NCBI GenBank assembly: GCA_038204425.1
Contig: JBBRCZ010000001.1
Span: 384,001 to 448,000, forward strand
Length of the DNA: 64,000 nucleotides
DNA from: Spirochaetia bacterium
GTDB lineage: Bacteria > Spirochaetota > Spirochaetia > DSM-27196 > Salinispiraceae
Direction of reading: 5' to 3'
In this document: piece by piece, positions 53,501-62,838 of the stretch
Layout: every line of letters begins with the position of its first letter
How positions within the stretch are numbered: position 1 is the first letter of the stretch
The notes under the pieces: generated by a model
What the model was told of the DNA's origin: nothing
The model's database searches: none
What the model saw: only the letters and a program-made list of their open reading frames with translations
Program-made: the position numbers and the translations under genes

Positions 53501-56482
53501 CTAAACGTTAACTACGTGTCTAAGCGGCCTAAAATCCACACGCATACTTTCTTCTTTATCGACTAAATCTTGCGCTGTGATAAGGGCGGAATGGCGTTTG
53601 TCCCAATTCTTAAGCAAACGCCGAGCCGCCTCTGACAAGTCGTTACTAGTGCTTGCGAGCATTTGATTGCGTTTTTCTTGGCGCAGTTGATCATCTATTC
53701 CGTAGAGCCAGCGCCTAAATGAAGTCATGCCAGCCTCCCCAGGCGCCATAGGTCGCAGGTCGCGAGCGACACACGCGATTTTTGCCAGCAAAAGATCATG
53801 CTCGCTTGGTGGATTTTTTACAAAAAGCTCAAGCGCCTGCTTAAAAACATCAAGCGTCTTTGCAAGCTCAGGATCTCTGTAACTCGAGAACGAAAATATG
53901 CCTGACATCCCGTCGATTCCTGCTGAAGCACCGTAAGATCCGCCCTTCATCCTGATTTCTTCCCACAAGTATCCTGTCCGCAAAAGGTGGGCAAGTAGTA
54001 TCTCGTGTACCCATTGCTCTGAGCCAATAACGCTACCCGGAAACGAAGTAGCCACATAGCTTACCTTGGTGGGAAGCAAAAGCGCTTCTAGACTAGGCAC
54101 ATTGATTGCTTTTATCTCTGCATCAGCGTCGTCTTCAAATAGTTCACAAGATGGAAGCGTACTTGCCCAGTCACTGAGCAACTTTATAGTCTCTTGGCGA
54201 GAACTAGCGCTGGCAGTGAGGTTAATGCTAAGCCCTTCTATTCTGATAGTTCTTTTTCTCAGGTTTTCAAAGGCGGCCAGCAATTTTTCAACTGCCTGTT
54301 CGGCCGAGCTGCCAAGACTTTCTAAAAACTCGAGTTGACTAATGCCACGCCACAACTCCTCAATAGCCTCGCTGACCGAAAAAACGCGCTCGGTACGTAA
54401 GGCGGCATAACTTGAGCCCGACGGAACAATAGACGCCTTAAACTCGTTAAAGTTTTCCAAAAACAAGTCTTTAAGTCGTTTTTGATCAGTAAAATCTGCA
54501 GTTACAATTAGGGGCGTGCAGCATGCCAAAGCTTCTCTAAGGCCAGATTCTAAGGCTTTTATTCTAAAGTAAAGCTTGAGGCTAAGTTGCTGCTCTTCAT
54601 CGCGACTAGATCGAACCAAGAGACTGGCCTCTATGCCGCTTCCAAAGCCACCTGTTTTGAGATTGATCTCCATTGCCTTTTGTTCGTAACTTTTTCCAGC
54701 ACTTCCCAGCGCAGGAATCATGCCTGAGAACAAGGGCAAGTAGAGAAGTTCATCTCTATTGAGGTGTTCTAGATCAAAGCACAAATCTATGTAGGCTATT
54801 CCATTAGTAAAGATATCATGTTGAACTACTGGGATCACTACCTTATTGACTTCAATACTGCTAAAGCTTTGATCAATAGTATTGACGGTGGTCGGTATCT
54901 CTTTTTCAGTCAAAAAAGGCAAACACGCGAGTTCTTCTTGCGTATCTACTTTAGACTGATAGGCTAACAATGCTGCTTGTTGGGCCTTAATTGCTTCAAT
55001 GGCTGTAGGGCTAAGTTGCTTGTGAATGAGATCTATCGCTTGGCGTTCTATACTGTCTTCTCTTTTATTTTGTTCGGAATCAGGAACAACGGTAACTGTG
55101 CTTCTGTGCTTGTTGTCAATCAAAACACTTTTGATCATCTGTTCAAAATAGCGCGGATTGGCGCTCAACAATGCGCGAATTTTTTGCATTATGGGGGTAA
55201 ATTCTAGTGATGAGCCTGGCGCGCCACCATGCAACCAGGCCCTAAGGGATCTACGCATCAGACGTAATCCAAAAGGTCCTCCGCCCTTTATCTCTCTCGC
55301 CCTAAACTCGTAGCGTCGCAAGGTCCCCTCGACTAGGTCACTCGACAAACCCTGCTCTACAACAACTTCGAGAGTCTCTAAAATCAAATTTTCTAGGTCA
55401 TCTTCTTTGCCTTGCTCTGTCCCGCGTAGTCCGACTGACAAAATAGCGTGTTTTAGCTCAGTTTCTAGACCGGTTGAGGACGACAAATCCTCACCCAAGC
55501 CAGAATCAATCAATGCGCGCTGTAGAGGACTGGCAGCACTTCCCAAGAGCATGTCTGCTAAGAGCTCAATAGTGAGCAAATGTACCGGATCAAGAACGTC
55601 TCCAAGCAACCAGTTTACCGTAATCGAAACTGATGGGTCACTGTCCTCGGGTCCTGATGGATAAGTCTTGGTCAATCGGCGAGCTTTGGTCCAAATTTGG
55701 GGACTCAAGCTGGGAAACTCCAGTTGTTCCAGAGTGTAGCCTTGCAAAAGATTAGCATCCAAAAATGACAAATATCGTTCAGTCGGGATATTCCCATACA
55801 GAAAAATTAGGCACTGCGAAGGATGATAGTGTTTCCTATGAAACTCGATAAAACTTTGGTAATCGAGAGTTGGAATTTCAACTGGGTCACCACCCGAATC
55901 AACACCGTAGGCAGTATCCGGAAAGAGACTGCGTACACACCAATCTCCTGCTACTGATTCGTGCGAAGAATAGTTACCCTTCATTTCATTGTAAACAATG
56001 CCCTTGCGCTGCAAGTTGTTTTGTTCATCAAACTCGAGTCGATGTCCTTCTTGTCTAAACATTTCTTCTTTTAAGAGTGGTTTAAAGACCGCATCACCAT
56101 AGACATCCATCAAATTAAAAAGATCTTTTTCTACGGTTGAACTAGCAGGATAGACGGTTTTATCAGGGAAAGTAAAAGCATTGAGAAAGGTATTCATGCT
56201 ACCTTTGAGCAACAATAAAAAAGGATCTTTTAGAGGGAATCGTTTGGAACCACAAAGCACCGTGTGCTCTAAAATATGGGCTACTCCGTTAGAATTATTT
56301 GCAAGCGTTTTAAAAGCAAACGCAAACAGGTTCTCTGGATCATCATTGTGCACATGATAGACATTGGCACCTGACGCGATATGACGAGCCCGTATGCCCT
56401 TGGCTTTAAACTCGGATAGGTCACCTATTTCCTCGATCAGAAACCCTGAAAGCTGGCTTGCGACCTCTAGTTGCTTATTCAT
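53501..56482 (-). CDS. M16C insulinase-family peptidase (PreP/Cym1-like)
   Basis: HILEH, FLNAFTFPDKTVYP, QEG, VYNEMKG, SGGDP, IRMKGGSYG, SYRDP. Confidence 0.93.
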   Translation of the reverse strand: MNKQLEVASQLSGFLIEEIGDLSEFKAKGIRARHIASGANVYHVHNDDPENLFAFAFKTLANNSNGVAHILEHTVLCGSKRFPLKDPFLLLLKGSMNTFLNAFTFPDKTVYPASSTVEKDLFNLMDVYGDAVFKPLLKEEMFRQEGHRLEFDEQNNLQRKGIVYNEMKGNYSSHESVAGDWCVRSLFPDTAYGVDSGGDPVEIPTLDYQSFIEFHRKHYHPSQCLIFLYGNIPTERYLSFLDANLLQGYTLEQLEFPSLSPQIWTKARRLTKTYPSGPEDSDPSVSITVNWLLGDVLDPVHLLTIELLADMLLGSAASPLQRALIDSGLGEDLSSSTGLETELKHAILSVGLRGTEQGKEDDLENLILETLEVVVEQGLSSDLVEGTLRRYEFRAREIKGGGPFGLRLMRRSLRAWLHGGAPGSSLEFTPIMQKIRALLSANPRYFEQMIKSVLIDNKHRSTVTVVPDSEQNKREDSIERQAIDLIHKQLSPTAIEAIKAQQAALLAYQSKVDTQEELACLPFLTEKEIPTTVNTIDQSFSSIEVNKVVIPVVQHDIFTNGIAYIDLCFDLEHLNRDELLYLPLFSGMIPALGSAGKSYEQKAMEINLKTGGFGSGIEASLLVRSSRDEEQQLSLKLYFRIKALESGLREALACCTPLIVTADFTDQKRLKDLFLENFNEFKASIVPSGSSYAALRTERVFSVSEAIEELWRGISQLEFLESLGSSAEQAVEKLLAAFENLRKRTIRIEGLSINLTASASSRQETIKLLSDWASTLPSCELFEDDADAEIKAINVPSLEALLLPTKVSYVATSFPGSVIGSEQWVHEILLAHLLRTGYLWEEIRMKGGSYGASAGIDGMSGIFSFSSYRDPELAKTLDVFKQALELFVKNPPSEHDLLLAKIACVARDLRPMAPGEAGMTSFRRWLYGIDDQLRQEKRNQMLASTSNDLSEAARRLLKNWDKRHSALITAQDLVDKEESMRVDFRPLRHVVNV

Positions 56483-56531
56483 CAAAACTCCTTGCTGCGG
56501 GGTTCAAGGATCTAAACATAGCGGTACAAAC

Positions 56532-56564
56532 AAAAAATGGAAAGGGCTGAATGAGCCCTTTCCA
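56532..56564 (-). terminator. Rho-independent terminator
   Basis: Perfect 11-bp stem TGGAAAGGGCT/AGCCCTTTCCA with a 5-nt loop, followed by T6 on the minus strand. Confidence 0.85.
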
Positions 56565-56605
56565 CCGTAAAGTCAAAACAAAAAATGCGCTTCTGTCTTA
56601 AAAAA

Positions 56606-56941
56606 CTAAAGCTTCTTGCTAACTTGTTCGTAGCGAACTGTTGCTGGAAAGCTATTGTCTACCAAGGCCACGCGAAGTCTGCCACTGGCAATTTTTTCAA
56701 TTATTGCGCGATATGCCTGACGATTGAGTCCTTTGCCAAGCAGAAACTCAATCTTATCACCAACTGCAAGAGAATTTCTAAATTCTTGCGTACGCACTTC
56801 TTTTTCTTTTCGACTATGGGATTGTTTCCAAACCCTGATAGTTTCTCTCAATTTAAGAATATCTGCTTCGGTAAGTTTACTTACATCGATATTCAACGCA
56901 GACTCTACAAGTATACTAGAATCTTTTCTTGGTCGTCCCAT
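56606..56941 (-). CDS. Small basic protein with N-terminal GRPRK (AT-hook-like) motif
   Basis: GAGGAG SD, AT-rich upstream region with TATAAT, and its own terminator. Confidence 0.75.
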   Translation of the reverse strand: MGRPRKDSSILVESALNIDVSKLTEADILKLRETIRVWKQSHSRKEKEVRTQEFRNSLAVGDKIEFLLGKGLNRQAYRAIIEKIASGRLRVALVDNSFPATVRYEQVSKKL

Positions 56942-57061
56942 TTCTAAACTCCTCATAAAAATGAATATAATAGAGATAATTATATACCATAGCCAAGTCA
57001 GATAGGCAATTGAAAATACAAAAATATTTTCTGTTAAACATTCAGAAATTTGAAAAGAATA

Positions 57062-57742
57062 TTACCAATCCATTTCTGTCATTAGAGTCAATTTACTCTT
57101 AATTCTTTCATCACTCGGGCTGAGATCAAGTGCTTTTCGATACCATACAATTGCCTCGGTATTTTTGTGTTGACCATACAAAGACTGCCCCATTAGATAA
57201 CAGCCCTCCGAAAACTCTGGGCTTTGCTCCAATAGTTCGCTTAGCAATTCTTGTGCTTGATCAAACTTGTGTTCCTTAAGCTTTAGCTGCGCAAGAAAAA
57301 AATTTGCAATTAGACTCTCACTCGAAATTTTTCTAAATTGAGAGAAGCTCTTCTCTGCCTCGTTATCCTGCCCCATTAAAAATCCTATTAGTCCTATAAA
57401 ATAGCTCGCCATTGCGTGGCTTTGGTTTGGGATCTTCAGTACGTTTTTAAAGGCCTCTAATGAATCTTTTAGTCTTCCAATTCTAAAAAAACAAACGCCT
57501 AATTTGTAGTTGGCCACCGAAAATCCTGGTTTTAAATCAAGCGCTTTTTGGTAATATTCTGTTGCCGCCTTTAGTTTTCCGATACTGTAATAAATATTTC
57601 CAACGGTTATGGCAAGGCTTGAGTCCTTGGGATAGTTCTCAAATAGTGTCAAGAATGCTTTTTCGGCATCGCTCCATTCACCCGAGTTGTAAAGCTCATT
57701 CGCTTCTAGGTAGGCTTTGTCAGTCTTATCAATTTTGTCCAC
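57062..57742 (-). CDS. TPR repeat protein
   Basis: GTG 57742 follows AGGAGGA; repeated TPR patterns (YQKALDLKP, YRKALDLSP). Confidence 0.88.
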   Translation of the reverse strand: MDKIDKTDKAYLEANELYNSGEWSDAEKAFLTLFENYPKDSSLAITVGNIYYSIGKLKAATEYYQKALDLKPGFSVANYKLGVCFFRIGRLKDSLEAFKNVLKIPNQSHAMASYFIGLIGFLMGQDNEAEKSFSQFRKISSESLIANFFLAQLKLKEHKFDQAQELLSELLEQSPEFSEGCYLMGQSLYGQHKNTEAIVWYRKALDLSPSDERIKSKLTLMTEMDW

Positions 57743-57939
57743 CGTATTCCTCCTGCAGCGCGCTGCCCTTATACTGTAAGTCATAAAAGCATATCCCTCA
57801 AGTACAAAGATCAAACAATCCTTGGTGGTTTTCCAAGCTCAAAACTTGAATCTTGAAAGCAATTTAGTCTGCTTGAAACTTATAGTGTTTTTGTTGGATA
57901 GTGGTGCTTGGTTTTGACAACGATGATAGAAGGACTCAC

Positions 57940-58254
57940 ATGATAGCTTACATAGTTGCCGTTTCTGTGAAATCAGGCCAAGAAGATTCTTTCCGTAAGG
58001 CCACTAAGACAAACGGCTTTGCCACCCGCCAAGAACCCGGCAACATGCGATTTGACTTGCTGGTAAACCCCGATAGTCCTAGTAATTTTACGCTCTATGA
58101 GGTTTACCAAGACCAAAAAGCCTTGGATCAGCACAAAAAAACAGCACACTATTTGAAGTGGAGAGAGGACGTTGCAATAATGATGGCAAAACCAAGGCTT
58201 GGTAGCTTGTTTGAGCTACTTGACTCTGCTCCGCAAGCCACTGGGACTCAATAG
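57940..58254 (+). CDS. ABM/LsrG-like dimeric alpha-beta barrel protein
   Basis: EPGNMRFD, F.LYEVY, HKKTAHY..WR. Confidence 0.85.
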   Translation: MIAYIVAVSVKSGQEDSFRKATKTNGFATRQEPGNMRFDLLVNPDSPSNFTLYEVYQDQKALDQHKKTAHYLKWREDVAIMMAKPRLGSLFELLDSAPQATGTQ

Positions 58255-58255
58255 C

Positions 58256-59494
58256 ATGAATAGCCGCCCGCTAGGAAATCAGAACTTAATTATGGGAAAC
58301 GGAAGCCTTGGTGATTTTGTGCCGCGCCTTTCTGAGATTATTAGGGATTACGGGCCAGCAGGTAAAGGAGAAATGTGCTTAGTTATTTGTGGCAAAAGTT
58401 TTACCGACTCGGAGCAGTGGCCGTCCTTTTCCAATTTTATGAGTTTTTACGGATACCGATGGACGCATGTTTTGGTTGCTGGTGAACCACAGCCCCAAAC
58501 AGTTGATTCAATTGTTTCTAGCCATCGCAGTCTCGGCATTGCTTTGGTTATCGCAATCGGTGGAGGAAGCGCAATAGATACCGGCAAAGCAGTGGCCGCT
58601 ATGCTGTGCGAGCATGGAAGCGTTGTTGATTTTCTAGAAGACATAGGAAACCGATTGCCTTCAGGCTCAACAATTGCACTAATCGCTGTACCAACCACTG
58701 CTGGGACCGGCAGTGAAGCCACCAAAAATGCCGTAATTGGGTTGCCAGGGCCAAACGGTTTTAAAAAATCCTTGCGTCACCAAGGTTATGTTCCTCTATT
58801 CGCAATTCTTGATCCAAGTCTGCTACTTGGCTGCCCGCACTTTACGCTTGCGACCAGCGGACTCGACGCAATTACGCAACTAATCGAGGCACATTTGTCA
58901 AACAAAGCAAACGCCTTGAGTGACTCATGGACAAGATATGGTTTGCAAATCGGATTAAATGCCTTTGACAGGCTTTGCTGGCCTAACGAGTGGAACGATC
59001 ATAATTCTGATTCCGCTTATCTTCCAAGTGAAGCAGCGCGCATTAAACTCTTGGGCGAGATGCTGTTAGCTTCATACTTGTCTGGGCTCGCGCTGGCGCA
59101 AGTTGGCCTGGGGACAGTACACGGCATAGCCGGTCCTCTGGGTGCCAAAGCCGCAATTAGTCACGGCCTGGTCTGTTCTAAATTGCTGTCACCAGTACTA
59201 GAACAGGGCTTCTTGCTTTTGAAAACACAAAACCCAAGTTCAATTGCGCTCAAAAAAGCGGCCTGGATCGGACGTACAATTACAGCAGACCCAAACTTAA
59301 ACCAAGACCAAGCCAGAGCTGCGCTTTGTGAAACGGTGCTTGCCTGGAATACTCGAGCGCAATTGCCAAGATTGCGTTCGTTTTCCTTAGGTCTGAGCCA
59401 GTTAGACGAGGTCGCAGCACTTTCCGATGACAAGCAGAGTCCATGGACCAGCACAGCCCAGCAACGAAAAGCAATGATCTTGGAGGCTTGGTAA
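58256..59494 (+). CDS. Iron-containing alcohol dehydrogenase
   Basis: GEP, GGGSAIDTGKA, PTTAGTGSEAT, ILDP, DAITQLIE, LGTVHG, SHG. Confidence 0.9.
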   Translation: MNSRPLGNQNLIMGNGSLGDFVPRLSEIIRDYGPAGKGEMCLVICGKSFTDSEQWPSFSNFMSFYGYRWTHVLVAGEPQPQTVDSIVSSHRSLGIALVIAIGGGSAIDTGKAVAAMLCEHGSVVDFLEDIGNRLPSGSTIALIAVPTTAGTGSEATKNAVIGLPGPNGFKKSLRHQGYVPLFAILDPSLLLGCPHFTLATSGLDAITQLIEAHLSNKANALSDSWTRYGLQIGLNAFDRLCWPNEWNDHNSDSAYLPSEAARIKLLGEMLLASYLSGLALAQVGLGTVHGIAGPLGAKAAISHGLVCSKLLSPVLEQGFLLLKTQNPSSIALKKAAWIGRTITADPNLNQDQARAALCETVLAWNTRAQLPRLRSFSLGLSQLDEVAALSDDKQSPWTSTAQQRKAMILEAW

Positions 59495-59572
59495 CTCTAT
59501 GTTCTGAACAAAAAGGTAGATGCTGATTTTGATAGTCATTTTTATCAGGTTTTTTGAAACTCAATTTGAGCA

Positions 59573-60490
59573 TCAATCAACTACTAGGTCAAATATAAAA
59601 CCAAATAAAACGGCGAGAACCAATACCACAAAAGTTGCCAGACTCTTTTGCATAACCAATCTCTTGGACTTATTATTGAAGCCCATTCTCCTAATTGCTA
59701 TTTGTTGTGGTACAACAAAAAATAACGCCAATGGTAGCAATAGTACTGACCATTTTGCAAACACACCAGTCAAAGAATAGACAAGAGCCAAAACAAAGCC
59801 GCTTGTGATCCAGAAATAGACATAAATTTGTGCCCACATTGCCCCTAAAAGAACAGCAAAAGTCTTTCGTCCATTAAGCGCATCGCTAACTCGGTCACAA
59901 GCATTGTTTGCTGCCAAAATAGATGCAATCCACAACGCAAGCGGAAGTGCCGTCAGAATGCTTGCTTGGTCTAGGGAATCTGTCCCTACTTGATTGGCCA
60001 CACTAAACAAGACCAAGCCAAGAAATGCTCCTGCAAACAACTCACCTAGTGGGCCTCTGCTAAGAGGAAACGGGCCGCCGGTGTAGAGAAAAGCCACCAG
60101 AAAACTGGCTAACCCTAAGACGAAAATCTGCGCCCCGCTGAGAAACAGCAGCAGCAAGCCACCCATTGCTGCAAGGCCAAAAAAAATTAAGCTAACCGCC
60201 AACGCAAAGCCGGGACTCACGCCTTGATGGACTAAGACTTTATCGCTTTCATGATTATGGTCTTTGTTGTCGGTGCCATTCCAAAAATCAAAGAAGGTAT
60301 TAAATCCTGTACAAGCCATATCAAGCAAAAGGACTGTAGCAGAAAACAAGGTGAAAAAGCCAATATTTAGATGTTTACCTCGCCAGACCAAGTAAAGTGC
60401 TGCCAGAACCAAACTTGACAAGCTAATAATTTTGGTGCGAAGTTCTACTATACTCGCTACTTGTTGGTACTTTTGCAAACTACTCAACAA
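59573..60490 (-). CDS. menA: UbiA-family prenyltransferase, MenA-like
   Basis: NTFFDF..GTD, YTGGPFP, PLGE, NNACD..D...GRKT; multiple TM helices. Confidence 0.75.
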   Translation of the reverse strand: MLSSLQKYQQVASIVELRTKIISLSSLVLAALYLVWRGKHLNIGFFTLFSATVLLLDMACTGFNTFFDFWNGTDNKDHNHESDKVLVHQGVSPGFALAVSLIFFGLAAMGGLLLLFLSGAQIFVLGLASFLVAFLYTGGPFPLSRGPLGELFAGAFLGLVLFSVANQVGTDSLDQASILTALPLALWIASILAANNACDRVSDALNGRKTFAVLLGAMWAQIYVYFWITSGFVLALVYSLTGVFAKWSVLLLPLALFFVVPQQIAIRRMGFNNKSKRLVMQKSLATFVVLVLAVLFGFIFDLVVD

Positions 60491-60737
60491 GAATTTCTTC
60501 CTTCTGATGTAGCCAAATATCTATACCAAAAAGACTATTTGGCTCCAAGTAATCTTGTTCTTGATTTTCAACTATTCCAAGTAACAAGCGAAATATTCTT
60601 ATTCGACGAACAAAATGAATTGGCATAAATATCCTTTGTGGCTCAATACCCATAGTTCTGAGATCACTGATTTGTCGATAAACCTCATTTATCAACTCTT
60701 GGGATCGCAGTTGATCGTGATATACAAAAGGTTTCAT
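60480..60737 (-). CDS. Small hypothetical protein (85 aa)
   Basis: ATG 60737 lies 7 nt after TTGTAA-N18-TAGAAT; the stop overlaps the menA-like start. Confidence 0.6.
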   Translation of the reverse strand: MKPFVYHDQLRSQELINEVYRQISDLRTMGIEPQRIFMPIHFVRRIRIFRLLLGIVENQEQDYLEPNSLFGIDIWLHQKEEILVE

Positions 60738-60759
60738 AAACATTATTCTAAATCCTAGC

Positions 60760-61272
60760 ATGCCAAGTTTACAAGCCACAGCCTACCAAGAAAAAGCAGT
60801 ACTTTGTTTTATAATTCAAGAAGGACAGGTATTGCTGATCAAAAAGAAACGTGGCCTTGGGGCTGGCAAGATCAATGGCCCTGGTGGAAAATTAGAAGCT
60901 GGTGAATCCTTTGAGCAGGCTGCAATCAGAGAGACCATTGAAGAAACAGGTTTAGAGCCTAAAAATCTGGTTCTTGCTGCTCAATTGGGCTTTACGTTCT
61001 TAGACGGCTATAGCCTCTATGGTGAAGTTTTTCTTGCTGACTCTTGTGTCGGGATAGTTACAGAGACGGATGAGGCCTCCCCTTTTTGGTGTCCGCTTGA
61101 TCAAATACCCTATGAAAAAATGTGGGCGGATGACATTTTGTGGTTAGCAAGGGTGCTCGAAGGGGAACTAATAAGTGCAAAGTTTAGCTTTAGTAACGAT
61201 ACGATGACTTACGCTCAGGTTTCATCAATTCCCGCCCTCATTACTGCTTCTCTAGCAGCAACAAACAAATAA
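60760..61272 (+). CDS. 8-oxo-dGTP diphosphatase (MTH1/Nudt1-like NUDIX)
   Basis: KKRGLGAGKINGPGGKLE..E...AAIRETIEETG and IPYEKMWADD..W. Confidence 0.88.
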   Translation: MPSLQATAYQEKAVLCFIIQEGQVLLIKKKRGLGAGKINGPGGKLEAGESFEQAAIRETIEETGLEPKNLVLAAQLGFTFLDGYSLYGEVFLADSCVGIVTETDEASPFWCPLDQIPYEKMWADDILWLARVLEGELISAKFSFSNDTMTYAQVSSIPALITASLAATNK

Positions 61273-61790
61273 TCTGATAGACGGTTTAGGTAAATCTGAG
61301 ACCTTTGCAAATGCTGGGCAAACTGTTCGCCGATGTAGCGAACTAAGTGGCGCTCTGCTCGGCGACTTATGGCCCGTGCCATGTCCAGTGCAGCGCTCAA
61401 GGTAAGCGCGCCGGGGATAATAAAGCCCTTGAGGCTCATGCCTTTCATGCGCTCAATTTGGTAGCCCTCAAGTTGGTCAATCTGTACTTGGCTAATTGAA
61501 TAGGGTGATGTCTTGGGCGGTGGCGTGGCAATTTGACCGCCCATGGGTATCAACAAGCGTTGTACCACCAGCAACTCGGTGTTGAGCTCCTGTTGATAGG
61601 CGCGTTCCTTCGTCGTCGAGCTCAGAATAGAACGAACTATTCCTATTGAACTGCTTAGTTCATCCAAGTCACCAAGAACCTCAAAAATTAGGTCGGACTT
61701 GGAACGGCGTTCACCATTTATGAGACTAGTATTTCCCATATCACCGCCTCTGGTTGTGATATGGGAAAACTCTAAAGCATTATCAGGCAA
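61215..61790 (-). CDS. Cob(I)alamin adenosyltransferase, PduO type
   Basis: [34 protein letters not shown]. Confidence 0.9.
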   Translation of the reverse strand: MPDNALEFSHITTRGGDMGNTSLINGERRSKSDLIFEVLGDLDELSSSIGIVRSILSSTTKERAYQQELNTELLVVQRLLIPMGGQIATPPPKTSPYSISQVQIDQLEGYQIERMKGMSLKGFIIPGALTLSAALDMARAISRRAERHLVRYIGEQFAQHLQRSQIYLNRLSDYLFVAAREAVMRAGIDET

Positions 61791-62772
61791 GGTATTCGTG
61801 GTAGTCTTTGATTTTATTGAAGGTACGAAGTTTCTTCATTGCTTTTTCTTGAATCTGGCGAACACGCTCTCTCGTAATGCCGAGATATTTGCCAGTCTCT
61901 TCCAAAGTAAAAGGACCTTCGCCTGCGAGCCCAAATCGAAGCTGAATAATTCGCATTTCTCTATCAGAAAGTTGACGTAATACCTCATCTAAAGTGTCCT
62001 GAAGAGTTAGGTTAAAAACCATATCAAAGGGCTCTGTGGAATTTGTATCCATAATCAAATCTGCCAGACTTGTCATACTTTCATCATCAACGGTTGTGTC
62101 TAGACTTGCAGTTTCCTGACTAAGCTTCATTATGTCTGCTATTTTTTCTGCTGGAAGATCCAAATATTCTGACAGTTCTCGTGGATCAGGGTCTCTTCCA
62201 AGTTCTTGAGTTAAGTGTTTTGCAACAAAATAACATTTTTTTATGGTATTGAGCATATGGATAGGAATTCGGATAACTCTGCCCTTGTCTGCCAATGACT
62301 TGATTATCGCCTGTCTGATCCACCAGGTACCATAGGTTGAAAATCTACAACCCTTGGTATAGTCAAATCGTTCAACTGCCTCTATTAGACCAATATTTCC
62401 CTCATCGATCAAGTCGAGCAAGGTTAAGCCTCGGTGTTGAAACTTTTTTGCAATAGAAACAACCAAACGCAGATTTGCATTGATCATTTTATTCTTAAAT
62501 TCTCTAAGTGATTCATCGAGACGCACAACTTCAGCGTCCAACGAACTGTTACCTGCGAGATTTTGCTCTTTTACGGATGTATGTTCGGCACGAAGCGTTT
62601 GAATTCTTTCGCCAATGAACCGTTCATCCTCCATATTGAGCAATGGGTAGTTTGCAATCTGCTTGAGATAGAGCGCAAGCAGATCGGTCTCTTGAGTACC
62701 TGAAACATCGTAGTTAGGTTGTTTTTTGGCAGCGGAAGAGAGGGGTTTACTTAGAGTCAGGGATTTTTTCAT
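61783..62772 (-). CDS. sigma70-family sigma factor lacking region 1.1 (RpoS-like)
   Basis: Region 1.2 [54 protein letters not shown]. Confidence 0.9.
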   Translation of the reverse strand: MKKSLTLSKPLSSAAKKQPNYDVSGTQETDLLALYLKQIANYPLLNMEDERFIGERIQTLRAEHTSVKEQNLAGNSSLDAEVVRLDESLREFKNKMINANLRLVVSIAKKFQHRGLTLLDLIDEGNIGLIEAVERFDYTKGCRFSTYGTWWIRQAIIKSLADKGRVIRIPIHMLNTIKKCYFVAKHLTQELGRDPDPRELSEYLDLPAEKIADIMKLSQETASLDTTVDDESMTSLADLIMDTNSTEPFDMVFNLTLQDTLDEVLRQLSDREMRIIQLRFGLAGEGPFTLEETGKYLGITRERVRQIQEKAMKKLRTFNKIKDYHEYLA

Positions 62773-62792
62773 CCAGTTACCTTCCATCGATT

Positions 62793-62821
62793 ACTCTAAA
62801 AGGCTTATTGATAACTGTCAA
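62793..62821 (-). promoter_or_regulatory. sigma70 promoter of the sigma factor gene
   Basis: TTGACA-N17-TAGAGT, then a GGAAGG SD and ATG 62772. Confidence 0.7.
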
Positions 62822-62838
62822 GGAAAATTTGCATTTCT

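Noticed and set aside
40057..56507. Shared TTGAACCCCG upstream of slyD (40057-40066) and the M16 peptidase (56498-56507)
   Set aside because: A single 10-mer match at different offsets is expected by chance.
59500..59575. Short palindromes between ADH and menA as an attC site or ncRNA
   Set aside because: Stems are only 5-6 bp, with no attC core pair and no integrase; at most a weak terminator region.
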